A DNA stretch of 64,000 nucleotides from Lepidodermella squamata (Eukaryota > Animalia > Gastrotricha). Below are positions 1-13,456 of the stretch, in pieces (position 1 is the stretch's first letter; each line of letters starts with the position of its first letter). Both the position numbers and the translations under genes were made by a program. The stretch covers positions 3,038,001 through 3,102,000 of the forward strand of contig JBLDXI010000020.1 in NCBI GenBank assembly GCA_047495785.1. Direction: 5' to 3'. Below the pieces are notes generated by a model. It had not been told where the DNA came from and searched no databases. It saw only the letters and a program-made list of their open reading frames with translations.

Positions 1-441
1 GCGGTGCTACCGTGGGCAAATCGCTCATGGGCCTTAAAGTTATCCAGCACGACATTGCGCGAATGCGCGCCGGCAACCAGCCGAATACGGTGATCGTGCA
101 AAACGCGCAGACGCTATCGGTTTGGCGCGCCTTCCTGCGGTCGGTCATCAAAAATTTCTCCGCCTCGGTCATGTTCCCGGCGTCGCTGACTGTGTTTTTC
201 TACTCGCATCGCCTTGCGGTTTACGACATTTTGGCGGCTTCTACGGTGGTCGAAGCGGCTTCAGGTGAATATCATTTTCTTATTGAAGATGAAAATACAA
301 AATTTGAGCGGAATATTATGAAAAATATTTTTCCATTTTTTCAAATTTATGGAAAATATTTGAAAATTGTTTTTTTTAAGAATTATTATATTTTTTTAAT
401 ATTTTTCAGAACGCGAAGTGACCAACGAGCATGCTGATTGA
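1..441 (+). CDS. FAM8A1: 3' end of RDD-domain membrane protein, FAM8A1-like (exons <1-264, 410-441)
   Basis: GATVGKSLMGLKV...RAFLRSVIKNFS...R-x-x-YDILA-x-x-x-VV matches the recalled RDD/FAM8A1 C-terminus. GT-AG intron at 265-409. Confidence 0.8.
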
Positions 442-2198
442 ACGCATTTGTATAAATTGGATATGAAAAAAAATTTGGCATCATATAAAAGTTATTTGTT
501 ATTATAAATGCTATTATATAATCTGCTGTTTCTCGCCCATTTTTCTTGCTTTTTCTCAATGTTGACGATTGATCGGTTTTATGAGAAAGCGGAAAAAAAT
601 GAATCGGAAGTGTGCATCAATGTGACGAAATGTATTTTGCAAATTTTGCTGCTTGAATAGTTGGGAAAAATCGTGCACGTAAACTCTGTGACATTCATGC
701 GTGTCCTTATATCATTTGTCGCACCGGAACTTGCAAAATATACCTAATCAACTTGACTCCGGCTGTGTTTCTGGTGACGGGGTTAGACACAAATACTGCG
801 AAAAATATTTCATTTGTAATAAAAGGCAACAATTGCTTGTTCATAGTCTTGTTTAATGAAGTGCTGGTCGAAGGCTACGCTGCAAAGTAATTTCTGCACG
901 CAAAGCTGATGATAACGATTAGTACCTTATTAGCTAAACAGGGAACTAATCGTACCCCAGCTGGCACGGCCGAAATGGAAAACCCCAAAAAGCAAATACA
1001 ACGTTTGCCGTAGTTTTACGAGGCTTTCACGGCATAACTTCGTAAAACTTCGTAAAAACGCGGCAAGCCAAAACTGCGGTTAAAGCACGGTAAAGAATGC
1101 TGCAATAGAAACACGGCAAAAATGAATTGAGTAAAAATACAAGTTTCATTGAATTGAGCTACACAAGGATACGCTCGTTTTCTGCTAGTTTTACCGCAAA
1201 AGCAGAAAAAATTGCGCACAAAATGCGAACACCAGTGAATTCAGCGCAACATTCTCTGTAAGACGGAGTGTTCAATCCCGAATTCATGTCTAGCTTAAAA
1301 TTCGTAGAAATGTTCAAAAAATGACTCTTGACATATTTCGACTTTGGTTCCGCAAAAAGCAAATTTGGTTCCACTAAAAGATATTCCCATTTTTTACATA
1401 AATAAAAAATAATTACTAGTGGATCGCACCAACGGAAATGTTTCATCCCGGAGTCATAGCAACAATCAATCGACCAATCAGCGTGCGCGCCCAAGTTCAA
1501 CTTTTTAGTGGTTCCACAATGCTTAACAGCGCCAAAGAAAATTTCACACAAAAATAAAAACAGCGCTCGTTTGAATTAAAGTAAAAATGATGACGCAACA
1601 GCCGAAGTACCTAATTAACATCGATAATATCGAAGTAGCTCGTGTAAATGCGACGACTATCATCTCTATGGTGAACCTGCTGGCCAGGGTTGGTAAGAAA
1701 TGGAATGATGCTGCAACGCATTTTGATCAGATTTGTAATATCATTGCTTGTAAGTCCTTTTTCCCTTCTCTCAGCCAGAGAAACTTGAAGCCTTTATCAT
1801 CTGGCAAAATAATTATAGTATGCTCGCGAAATTGTGTTTAGGATTTTTAGTTACGCTACTACAACGCACGTGGACGGTCACATGATGAACTGCGGGATGT
1901 GCGGGATGACTGCGGGAAGAACTGGTATATTGACGCGCGAGATGGCTAAAAGCAACATCTTCCTTTCTGATGATAGCAATTCTGGCGGTAATATACGCGT
2001 TAGACCGCATCTAAGCCATACTAGGTCAGAAAGAAACGACTAACTACTGCTCCAACAAAATCGTCACGCTCTTTCTACGCCTCCGTCTTAATCCGAAAAT
2101 ATAGTTGAGACTGCCAATTACTTATTAAGAAAACATGGTGTTTCATGTGATCAATTTTGAAGTATTGCGCATATATTGCTTATATCGTTTCGAAGAGC

Positions 2199-4502
2199 AT
2201 GATTGGCTTATATTTCGTTTTCTTTATAGTACTGGCGATATGTGGCATATCTTCCACGAGAAAATCTTACAACTTAACTCTTCTCCATCTGACTTATACA
2301 GTTGGAGGCGAGCCGTTGCCGTTGCAAGCTTGCAGAAGCGTCAAAGAGTTCATCGCAGAAGAAATCAATTCACGAGATGATATCTTACGTGACTACCATA
2401 TCATCAATAGATATGCTGACGATGGGCCTGGGGGTGTGTACGATGCCGCTATCGCCATCAACTTCAGTCGGGAAATGGATGAATTTTACCAGAAAAGGAA
2501 TCGCACTTCAAATATTGCAGTGACATATCAGTCGCCGCTCATTCTCGGCGCAACTTTCACACCTGGTTGCAAATCTTACGGAGCAATGGTTCACCATTTG
2601 AACAGCGTTGCGATCACATGGGCTTGTCTTAGTCCAATATACACCGCAAATCGGAGTAAGTTTCCCAACATCTACCGTACAAGAGTATCTGCAGAAGTTT
2701 GGAATTACGTTGTCATTGAATTCCTCAAGGAAAACGGATGGAAAAGAGTCGCGCTATACGCAAATGCGGATAACTCGTATAACATCATGCTAGCAACTCA
2801 TTTCAAACAGCTCAGCGATACTTCAGGCATAGAAATCACATGGTTCAATGTTGCTTCTGGTATAACCCCGTCAATAGTCGAATCAATGAAGCTAAGTGAC
2901 GCTAGGATATTCGTGATCCAAGCAGTAGAGGTACCTGTAGTTTACTCCTTTTTATGCTTAGCCTACGACTATGGGATAAAAGGACATCGATACGTTTTTC
3001 TACTCTCCACCTCGATTTCTGTTGATCCCGACGCTCTGCCTGACGCTATCAGCCCAGGATGTACTGGATCAAAGTTAAGAGCCCAATTTTTGTCAACCTT
3101 TTGGTTCGGCCCTTCTGCAATACCTTTCGAAGATCATGGAAACTCTACTTTCTTCAAATTGAACCAAAAAGCACTGGATGAAAAGTTGAATCCTCGTTTG
3201 AGAAACTTGACACGATCCTCGGACTACCGGGAAAGGTTTGGATGCTTTGACATCATGCTCCAGGGGGTTCTGGCTCTTGATCAAGCAGAGAAAGCCCTAG
3301 CTCTTGAAGGGAAATCCCTTCGAGACTATCCAGAAGATCCTTTTGGCGTGATGCAAGTCGTCAATCGAAGTGTTGCTTCGACAGATTACGTAGGTATCAG
3401 AGCCGGTAGGCTGAAATATTCGCAGCGCATTGAGTATGACGACGAACCAATATACATTCAATCATGGCGGCCAAAAATAGGCTATCAAATGCACTTCAAG
3501 GGAATAAGATATCAACAAAACTTTACTGACCTGGGATTTCGCTTGGCCAGCTTTTCCAAAATACCGTGGATTGCTCCGGATGATAGTCCTCCGAGCGACT
3601 CGGCTCATTCAGCTCACATTGAGATGGGATTCACCTTTTTCGAAGCTTTTCTATCAATAGCGATTTCGTCTCTCGTCGCCTTGGCGAATGCGGGAATGTA
3701 CTTCGCAACTTGGAAAAAGTGGAAAGATAAACCTATTTTAGTAAGTTATAGTGTCCTTGCCTTGGGTTGCCTAGCACTCGAACTGGCAACAATACTATTA
3801 GCCCTAAATCTCGGTTGGGCTAGTTCTGAACAGTTATGCTCCGCCTGGACGTTTCTGCTAGTCTCCGGAGTGTGTTTAATAACAAGCAGTTCAAGCTTCA
3901 GAGTTATAGCCATGAGAAGGCATCATCTTAACAAAATCTATTCTATTTATGCTGATTCAATGGCAGCAACTCAAACAAGTTTTTCTTCAATGCTACGAAG
4001 ACGATCATCTATCGCATTCGAGCTTAATTTTCGATCGGAACGGATTGTTGCCCTATCAGCTGTGTCTTTCTCTGTGATAAATCTTGCAATAATTGCCATT
4101 CTAGTGTTATATGATCCGCCTGAACCTCTAAGGTACGAAGACAGGTCAAGGACAAGTTATGACTCCGCGGCCGATGTCATGACGTATTTCTACGGACGTG
4201 CTTGTTTCTCAAAAACGGGAAGTTACTTCTACACGGCTATCATTCTGCTTCATGCGATTTGCCTCTTGCCAGGATGCTGGTCGACCTATATGCTAAACAG
4301 AAGTCGTAAAAGCTTTAAGGCAGTTGATAAGGCATACAGCATAGTTGTTGCGATAATAACTCCGCTTTTAGTGGCGGCAATAGTAATAGGCATCATACTT
4401 CAGCCGCATCCAACTGCTCAGCTCATGTCATTCATCGGCTTTTCCTTAGTTACGTCCGTCTCAGTGACTTCCGTCGTATTTGGGCCGGTGGTTTTTGGAT
4501 GA
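2199..4502 (+). CDS. Intronless class C GPCR, divergent GABA-B-like (signal peptide, Venus flytrap domain, 7TM)
   Basis: ATG 2199 begins a hydrophobic leader. EEINSRDDILRDY, FPNIYRT, GWKRVA and DARIFVI are ANF-receptor-type motifs. Seven hydrophobic helices. No cysteine-rich linker. Confidence 0.85.
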   Translation: MIGLYFVFFIVLAICGISSTRKSYNLTLLHLTYTVGGEPLPLQACRSVKEFIAEEINSRDDILRDYHIINRYADDGPGGVYDAAIAINFSREMDEFYQKRNRTSNIAVTYQSPLILGATFTPGCKSYGAMVHHLNSVAITWACLSPIYTANRSKFPNIYRTRVSAEVWNYVVIEFLKENGWKRVALYANADNSYNIMLATHFKQLSDTSGIEITWFNVASGITPSIVESMKLSDARIFVIQAVEVPVVYSFLCLAYDYGIKGHRYVFLLSTSISVDPDALPDAISPGCTGSKLRAQFLSTFWFGPSAIPFEDHGNSTFFKLNQKALDEKLNPRLRNLTRSSDYRERFGCFDIMLQGVLALDQAEKALALEGKSLRDYPEDPFGVMQVVNRSVASTDYVGIRAGRLKYSQRIEYDDEPIYIQSWRPKIGYQMHFKGIRYQQNFTDLGFRLASFSKIPWIAPDDSPPSDSAHSAHIEMGFTFFEAFLSIAISSLVALANAGMYFATWKKWKDKPILVSYSVLALGCLALELATILLALNLGWASSEQLCSAWTFLLVSGVCLITSSSSFRVIAMRRHHLNKIYSIYADSMAATQTSFSSMLRRRSSIAFELNFRSERIVALSAVSFSVINLAIIAILVLYDPPEPLRYEDRSRTSYDSAADVMTYFYGRACFSKTGSYFYTAIILLHAICLLPGCWSTYMLNRSRKSFKAVDKAYSIVVAIITPLLVAAIVIGIILQPHPTAQLMSFIGFSLVTSVSVTSVVFGPVVFG

Positions 4503-5449
4503 AACAATTCAATAATTTCAAAATTCAATAATTCGAATAATTGGATGCTGGTTTGATGTTGGAAAATGCAGAAGAATATACAGTGTGTTCAATATAGTTT
4601 GGATTGTCATATTATATATTGGATTGAACATGATTTTGAAAGCTAGAAATTGCTACGTTTCCGTGATCAAAACTATTTACACGTGGCTTGTAAAATAATG
4701 ATGCTGTGAATTTGATTTAAGATTTAAGATTTAAGAGTTTTTGATTTAAAAAAACTGGTAATTTCAAAATCACACACTCTATCCTCGAAATATCCTACCT
4801 TCAATCAAATCATATTATATTTGTATGGTATGACATGAGTAAAACGTTTATATCTGTCACCAATCACCAAACTACAAGAAAGTGTCATCGAAATTGATTT
4901 TGCTCAAAGTAATACCCGAATGGATTTCTAGGTAGATCTCATCACGCTGATGAACTTTTTCTTTGAGAGCGGCTTCTTATCTATCATTGTTCTCGAGATA
5001 ACCGCTCATAGGTAAAAGATCACGTGACCACCTTGACACTGGAATATCTCAGTAACTAAGTGATATAATTACGGAGTATTTCGAATTCTTTTTTCCCTAT
5101 GTAAATAAGGAAAGAAAAATAAAATATTTCCTCATCAACATTCTGGGCTTCTCTATTCAATTGTATAAGAGGCATTTTTCAAATTGTACTCAAAGAAAGT
5201 TTTTTCCTCAATAGGCAGAAAATCGCTTTTTTCTGCTAATACAGTTTTTTTTTGGTTAACAGTGATACGGGTATGAACCTCACTTAGCGCAGAACAAGTT
5301 ACCTGAATCCAATATTTACATGACCTAAGTGAAGTTAGACACGATACCTGAACAAAAACGTTTCAGACGAACCAACAAAAGTCGAGCGTGGAAAAAAGTC
5401 ATTACTACAAGGAACAGTTTCATAGAATAAAACTTCTCGCGATTTGACT

Positions 5450-7828
5450 ATGTTTAGTGCATTTATCGGTCTTTTAATTTCCATCGGAATCGCATCGGTC
5501 CATTGCCAATATGAAGAAGATCCGGAAAAGGTATACATATAGATTCAAATAATATTTTATTTTATCGTTCAAACTAATCTAAATTTAAATTTCTAATTTC
5601 TAAGTTTTGAAAATTTAAATTTCAAAATTTGAAATAAAAAACAACACATTTTATTTTAAAAAAATCAAGAAATTTATTTGAGCAAAAATGAAATTTGATT
5701 ATAATTATTAAGTCTAGATAGAAATTTTTTCGTAACATCGAAATTATCTAAAATTAGCTGTAACGTTTGTTTCCAATTTTTCCAATGTTCCAGGTTGCTA
5801 TTCGTGAATTTGGCCAAGCCATTGTCAACAATCGGTTGGACATAATGCGTCAAATGCTAACGAGCCGCCGGGTTCGCGTCAACGCAGTCGGCTTCGACGA
5901 ATGGCTGTGCCGACCGTGGAACCTGCCGAACGGAACCGCCCTAAACTGGGCAGCTGGTTGCCGCAAAATCGACAATATCGCCATGATAACGCTGCTGCTA
6001 GACCAAGGCGCTAACATCGAAGCCGGCGATCAATGGGGTTGGACCTCCCTCATGATCGCGGCTAAGGATGGTAGGACTGATATTGCGAAACTCCTATTAG
6101 ACCGGGGCGCTAAGGTTGATAAGAAATCACAACACGGCACAACCCCTTTAATGCTAGCGGCTAATAACGACCGGAATGAAACTGCTACGTTGCTGATTCA
6201 AAGAGGGGCTGATATCGAAGCTAAGGACATGGGCTTTTGGACACCCTTGATATGGGCGGGTCGAGCTGGCGCGACTTCAGTGGCTAAAATTTTGTTGGAT
6301 AAGGGCGCTAATTTTCGGGCGAAGAATAACTTCGGCTCAACGGCGCTTATGTTAGCCGTGAATACGGAAAAAATTGAAACTGCTAAGCTTTTGCTCGACT
6401 ACGGCGCTAATACCGAGTCGTTGGACTACGACGGTTGGACGGCGTTGCATTACACGGCGAAGAATGGCCGGACGAATGCGGCCAAGTTGCTGCTGGATCG
6501 CGATGCTGATCTCGAGGCGATGGATGGTCGAGGCATGACGCCGTTGCATTATGCGGCGAATTATGAGAGGACTGAGACGGTTAGCCTGTTTGTCACGCGG
6601 GGAGCGAATATTGAGGCGAAGACTAATCAGGGAGCTACGCCGTTGATGGTGGCGTGTTCGAACAACGGAACTACAACCATTAGGTAAATTGCCTGTTATG
6701 ATCATTCTCACGCTATGTTTTGGTTCCCCTTGACTGGTAACAGACTTCAAAATTTCTTAATACCCCAAGGATCGTGGAGTCCAACCTCGTTTCGTTAAAT
6801 TCGAATTTACCTTGATTTTATACGAAAATTATAAATTATTTTCTTCTTCGTCCAAGTTTTTCATATAATGCGAGTAAACAGTCGTTCGATTGCGACATAC
6901 TCTCATAAAATCAGAAATTATATAATTAAAAATCGATGAAAACAACGGAAATTTAATCAAACACTTGAAATTTGTAAGCTCTAAAAGAGTTCTGGGTCAG
7001 CTATTTTTGGGACAGAGAGTGTTCATTGGAAGTATGTAGAGCTAAGATTTTCTTGGAATGGGACATTTGAAGCTCTGTTCCTTTCCCTCGATTTCCATTA
7101 AAACTTATTCAATAAATCAGAAATCAAGTGAAAATTGTTCTTAACTTGAAAATTGTATTTAGGCTCTTGTTGACCAATGGCGCCAATGTAGCGGCTACAG
7201 CGAATGACGGCGCGACGGCGCTCATGTATGCGGCTCACAACGGCCGCATCCCAACAGCCCAGTTGTTGCTCCAGTTCGGCGCTGCTATCGAAGTCAAAGA
7301 TAAGGACGGTTGGACTCCCATGATTTACGCATGTCAGTTTTCATTAATTTAATTTTATTCAAAAATTTATTGAAAATCTATTCAAAGATTTTATGAAAAT
7401 TTCAAATTTCTTTATCAATTTTTTTAATTTAACAATTTTTTTATTTTTCCCTAAATTTAAAGAAAGAAAATTTAAGGTTACGAAAACGCCAGTTAGTATC
7501 AAATTTTAGTGATTTTATCTCTCTTTTTTAAGGTCGATTTGGCCAAACGGCAATGGCGCAATTCTTGCTATCGAAGGGTGCCAAAGTGAATGTAGTCGAT
7601 AACGACGGTTGGACGCCGCTGATGTTCGCGGCTTATAACGGCCACGAAGACACTGTTTGGTTCCTGCTCAACAACAGAGCTGAAGTGGACGCCAAATCGA
7701 AAGACGGCAAAACAGCGCTCATCTGGGCTGCCTCAAAGGGCTTCATGGGCCCTATGCGCGCCCTTATACAACGAGGCGCTAACCGAATCTGGTGCAATTT
7801 ACCCATCTGCTCTTCGATTTACTTGTAA
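5450..7828 (+). CDS. Ankyrin-repeat protein with N-terminal signal peptide (exons 5450-5530, 5794-6683, 7163-7332, 7533-7828)
   Basis: About a dozen G-x-T-P/A-L-x-x-A-A...LL-x-x-GA repeats. In-frame GT-AG junctions. Exon 1 encodes MFSAFIGLLISIGIASVHCQYEEDPEK. The 3' end is uncertain. Confidence 0.85.
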
Positions 7829-9771
7829 ATTAATATCCAGTGACTCGGGATCTCAATATTTTCCGCTATAATAAAAATCTCGATTTTTACATACGTCATT
7901 TATTTTACGACCAAGGTATCTGATTGCTGATTAATTTTTTGGCTCATCGAATTATCCACAAATTAATTAGAGGCTAATTATCGAGTATCACGGGTAATAA
8001 AATTTGATACGCAATAATGATCTGCATCAGTGCGTAAGTAAGGGACTAATTACCCTAGCCACGTGCCTCGAGGCGCATAATTCACCCACAATCCTAATAT
8101 ACGCGATTAGTGAAATCCACGTCAATTCAGCCCTGGTATTAGTTTTAATAATGAGCACTCGTTTAATGGCGAAAACATATGTATATGTAGTGGAATCGGG
8201 AGGGAAATAATTATTATTATTTACTATCACGGTCATGCATCGCAAGATAAGATGATGACTAATGTGCGCCGGAACCTGGCGCGGTCCTTTTGAAGCGCGC
8301 CGCACATCACAGGGTGCGCACATCTGCCAAAAAGAGGCGATTGATTTATAATACACCTTAATTATATAGGGAGGCTTGTCATTGAGCGCAAACAAAAAAA
8401 TATTCGAACTATTAATTACGCTAGAAAAATTATGCGCACTCTTTATTAGTTTATTCCGATCTCGTACCAACAGTTTTCTAGTCACGTTCGTCTCATGACA
8501 CGCCTCGAGGGCGATGAGCTGGACATTACTTATAAATAATATTGTTGTTATTGTTCATCATCAGGGTGACCTAATAGTATTTGTTATCTTATTATATGAA
8601 TAACGCGCAGGTGCGATCTTGACGATTGTGGTGGTTTTTGGCCCGAGGGGGCGATAAAGCCCGCGTGATTGTTTTCATAATTACGCGCACACCCAGTTAG
8701 TCGCTCAATGATGCGAGCGATGAGTTTTGTAGTCACCTCAACAATCGTATTATTTGCTCGCGTCGCACCCTACAACAAGTGTTATTGCCCTGTGCGCTGC
8801 AATTAGAAACGGCGCGGCTATGAATGAACTTTCTCAGCCTCCCACCAGTACACTAATACAGGGATGAGCTTGTTTTATTATCAACACACCTTATTTATTC
8901 GCTAATAACGAATTTTTGATAATTTAATCGCTGGTAATATCCTCCGGGGACAGGCTTATTAAATTATATCAAAAGGCCGTAAAAATTTAGGATTATTTTT
9001 GTAATATATAAGTTAATATATAACCGAGGGGCGTAGGTCGCGTAACCCGTTCGTTGTGACGCGCGTTGCGCAATGCGCGACACTGCGCGTCTCCTATTTC
9101 TCGCATAGTCGCCCTAAAAACCATCTGCCAGTTTGCCAAGCCCTATTAGCTACTGGATATACTTATATACTACAAGCAGCGCCCTGCTGGCTGCGATGAT
9201 GAGAGGATCCTTATATATTGGGATATATATTTCGCGAGTGCGTGGGCTGGATTTTGAAAATCTTACACAGGCTAAGCCGTTAGTTAGACAAAACATGGCA
9301 GCTAATTGAAGGCGACATTGCAATGCTATTGCTAAACACCTGCCAGCTCTTTTACGCATCGCCTCGCGCTATGCTAAAACGATGTGACAATATTTTCAAA
9401 AATCTAGCCTGTGATTATTTTGTAAAATAACAATTTTTCTCCGGTCACTTTTACGATGGTTTGTAGTAGTAATTATATATGGCGCGCGTGTTTTTATTTT
9501 GTGTGCGCGCTCGATGCTGATTGGTCGGTGCGCGGCCAATGAAAAGCGCGCACACGCACTGAGGATTATTTGGTGCGCGCATTCGCCTCGTGCAGTCGCG
9601 TGGCTCACACACATCGTCGCTAGTAGCTGCTATCGAGCAAATTAATATTATCATTATTATTACACGCGTAACTTCTCCGAATCAACAAGTTGCTAAAACT
9701 TGATTTTTTTTCTCATCCTATTTAGCTGCGATTATTTTTTATTATTGATAATAATTGATCAATTTTAATTA

Positions 9772-12700
9772 ATGGCATCGCTCAAGCGCTCGGCTGGCGA
9801 GGCGGATTTGTCTTCGGTCGCTAGTGACGTTAGCGACGACGATTGTGATGACGACAGCAGTTTATTTGACGGATCGAGTGGAGATGCAACTATCAGGTAA
9901 GAAATTTCCGTTTTATTACGAAAAATTGTGTTAATTCCGATTTTCCCTATTCTAGACCAAACGGGTCAAGTAAGGGCAGTGGCCGTCCGGAACGTTCTTC
10001 TGACAGAAAGCGGCGACGTGGGGTTAGTTGATTTTTAATTCAATTAATCATTTTTCATCATTTTCCCGTCTTTAAATTAGGTCATTGAAAAACGTCGCCG
10101 GGATCGAATTAACAACAGTTTATGCGAATTACGGCGACTGGTTCCTCAAGCGTTTGAAAAGCAGGTTTGTTTCATTTTGAATATATTTTTTTCAACTAAT
10201 TATTGTCGGCTGGGAGTAAAGAGAAACGGTTGCTTTGCGGGGCTTTAGCGCGCGCCGCCACGCGCCTTTGGGATTTGCGCCTCGGAACCTGAAGCGCGCA
10301 CCTTGTACTAATTAATGCCCACCAGTTGTAGATAATCGACGAGTTCCAACAAGTATCTGTTAGTTTATTAATCCCCCGTAAGATAACCACCCGCGATAGC
10401 CGTTGCAAATCGTGTATCTTTAGTTGTTGTTGCCGAGCCACTACTCGCAACGCCTTAATTAGTTGCGGATGCGAGCCGCTGTTTTGAAGCGCCGCCTTAA
10501 TAATAAAAATGCTGAAAAATTACCTGCGCACACCTTGAACGCTCCTCATTATTATTATTATTATTATTATTGCATGTCGCGTTCGTAATAACTGGTAATG
10601 TCATAATAATAATAATCCGCCAACTTTCAACGGTTTTCCTTTCTAGCTTAGAGCAACTAGAGAAATTTCGCCATTTTTGACCGCGTCGCGTCAAAAGCGC
10701 GCGCTTGTTGACCTTATTATTATCATCCAGCGATTATTTTTTCGCTCTCAAAAGATTATTATTTGTCACCCGCGCCCTCGCCTAAGATGGCGACGACAAA
10801 TTACAGGTCTCGCGATGAGAGGCCAACGTTGCGCTGTCTAGTCGAGCACGCCGTTTGACATTGCGAAATCGAGCGTGAACACAAAAAAATATGAACTAGC
10901 CACAGTGGGAAAAACACAACAAGTAGGTGCGCGAATCACCTGTCAAAAATAACACAACACCTGAATTAATTACCACCGCAGCAATTGACAGGTGTCTCAG
11001 GCCAAATGATGCGTAATATGACAAAAATTAATAAGATTAATTACCATTTAATTATAATTATTTCATTTCATGTTTTCCAGGGTAACGCAAAGTTGGAGAA
11101 GGCAGAAATTTTACAGCTGACCGTCGATTACCTGCGCGATCTTCATCATAGACAGCAGAAAGGTGAGTACAAGCGTTCGTTTATTTGTTTGCGCGACTAA
11201 ATAAGTGCGGCCGAAAGCGACTCGAAATTTAATTGCGTTTCTCACAGCCGGCGAGGCGTACCTTTCGCATCAAGTGGAACGCGTTGTGCCTGTATCTTTT
11301 TAATAGAGTAGACAAGTGCGCGGTAAACGCGTCTTTTGAGCGCCTCATGCGCGCTTCTTTCAAAGCAAGATATATGTAGCGATCACGTTTAAATAATAAT
11401 AAAATTTTACGGGCGTTTAATTTCGCCGCGCCGCTGCTGCCAATTAGTTAAATAACAGCGCGACTACCGGTTTTGTCGCTCGGCAGGTGCGAATCTGCGG
11501 CTGCTCTTTTGATTATCTCAGCCTGCCTAACGAGCGTGTTCGCACCCTGTTAGGCGATGGTAGGCGAGCTCCTAAGCCCGTCGTGATGTTAAACACGATT
11601 GAATTAAGTGTCGGCGAGTGGCCTTTGTCCGGCGACTCCCGACGGCTGCTAACCGCTGCTACTGTTTGGTTTGTGCCTTGGTTAATCCGGTTTTCGGGTT
11701 TAGTCACCCTACTGCACCGCAGATGGGCTGCCGCGGGTGCGGGTGGCTTCCGTCGATTTTTATGCATAACGCGTATATGTATTGTCATTACGAAGATGAA
11801 TGATAAACAAACCCGGGTACATCATTGACCGAACCAGACATTGATATTTGCGGCTACCGTCTCGTGTTTGCGCGCAGATTTATAATCTACCGTTCAGCAG
11901 CTGCCTGGGTGGTGTTTGCGTTACCAGCAACGAGTTGACAGCAGATGTCATCGTTTGCCGTCGATTTTTATAGCCGCAAACACGTGAAATTGACACGAGT
12001 CGCAGTGTAAACACCGTAGGACAACGACCTTACTACCCTCTTATTACCCTCAATTACCGAAACGTGATGAAAATGAGGTAAAATTGTGTGCGTCTATTTC
12101 ATTCTAGGGCTACTATTCGCCGATCCCGAAGCGCTGGCCATCGATTACCGGTCACTTGGATTCCGCGAGTGCATGGCCGAGGTCGCGCGCTATTTGAGCC
12201 TCGCCGAGGGCCTCGACGCTCAAGACCCGATGCGACTGCGCCTTTTGACACACCTGCAGTGCTTCTCAACAAATTGCCAACCAGCGTCAACCCCGCCGCT
12301 GCCGAACCAGGTCCCGCAGCCGCAAATGATCCCACAGCACGCTTCAACCCCTCGAATGCCGATCGGCCCGCCGCAGCAGTATCTGGAGCATGGCATGCAT
12401 TTCGTTAACGGCGGCAATTCGCCGGGTAGTTACAACCCTGCAACCCCTGAACAGTCACCCGCGGGTTATACTGGGCCGAATATGGCGCCTGGGTTCAACG
12501 CAGGCTCGTCAGCCCCATCTCCCTACAATCCGGCTGGTTTCTACCAACCGCCACAACCTGCTCCTAACCAGCAATTCTACCCGCAACAACAAAATCGAGG
12601 CGATAACTCGAAATGGTGCCAACTTCTATCGGCCGGCCTCGCTGCTGCCTACGACACTGTCCCACTTTCGGCGGCGAATGATAACCATCCGAATTTTACT

Positions 12701-12841
12701 AACATCGCTCCGGGTAAAATCGCGCCGGCTATGGGTGGCGTTTCTGCCTCGGAAAATGCGGCTGCGTGGCAGCAACAGCACCAGCAACACCACCCCGGCA
12801 TGATGAATGGCCTCGTTAAGCCTGAACAGTTGTTGTTCTAA
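9772..12841 (+). CDS. HEY: HEY-family bHLH-Orange repressor (exons 9772-9896, 9956-10022, 10081-10164, 11081-11162, 12108-12841)
   Basis: Spliced b[55 protein letters not shown] has Gly in the basic region, diagnostic of HEY. Orange domain [17 protein letters not shown]. Confidence 0.93.
10905..10911 (+). promoter_or_regulatory. Candidate CSL/Su(H) site GTGGGAA in HEY intron 3 (second site TGTGAGAA on minus strand at 11239-11246)
   Basis: Matches the CSL core consensus. HEY genes are established Notch targets. A 7-mer can occur by chance. Confidence 0.3.
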
Positions 12842-13456
12842 AACGCAGAAAAAAACGAGTAATATTGATTATGTACAAAGAAATTCAATGAATACGTGTA
12901 ATCGAATAATATAACCTTATTTGTACCATAAGCACTATGTTTATAAGCTTGACAAATCCGGTCAATTAATATCATTATCATCGTCAATTTTCTCCGCTTC
13001 GTCGAAATGACTATTTACATACGCAAGTTTGTTAAGTCTGTTTTTACCGTTTAAAAATAATATTGCAAGTGCAATTTGTTGAGAAAGAGAGAGATGATAG
13101 CTTTATTCCATAATCATTGCTGCTTCCGTCTTATTAAATCTGCATTGTCTTTTTTCTTTTTTTTTCGCTTTGCGATGATGAATCCACTGTACAGGATATG
13201 ATATACAACATTCGACTTATTTCATCAGAAAAATGACTATGCGTTTGTTTGAAGTGAAGAAAAATAAACGTGACCTAATGAATCGAGACATTTATCTTTA
13301 TTTTACAAGCGCGCATAAACCCATTTCATTTTTTTTTATCTGAACGACACAAGGTCTTAGGATTCGATAATTAAAAAAAATAACACACATAGATTACATC
13401 TTTAGGAAAATATTAAGCAAGTTGTTTTTTTTCAAATCGTTCCACACCATGGCTGT

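Noticed and set aside
955-2043. Short ORFs and a possible MITE end (ACCCCAGCTGGCAC)
   Set aside because: No recognisable protein motifs and no matching partner terminus found.
8004-9654. Several short ORFs upstream of HEY
   Set aside because: No domain signal or splice-compatible structure. More consistent with regulatory DNA.
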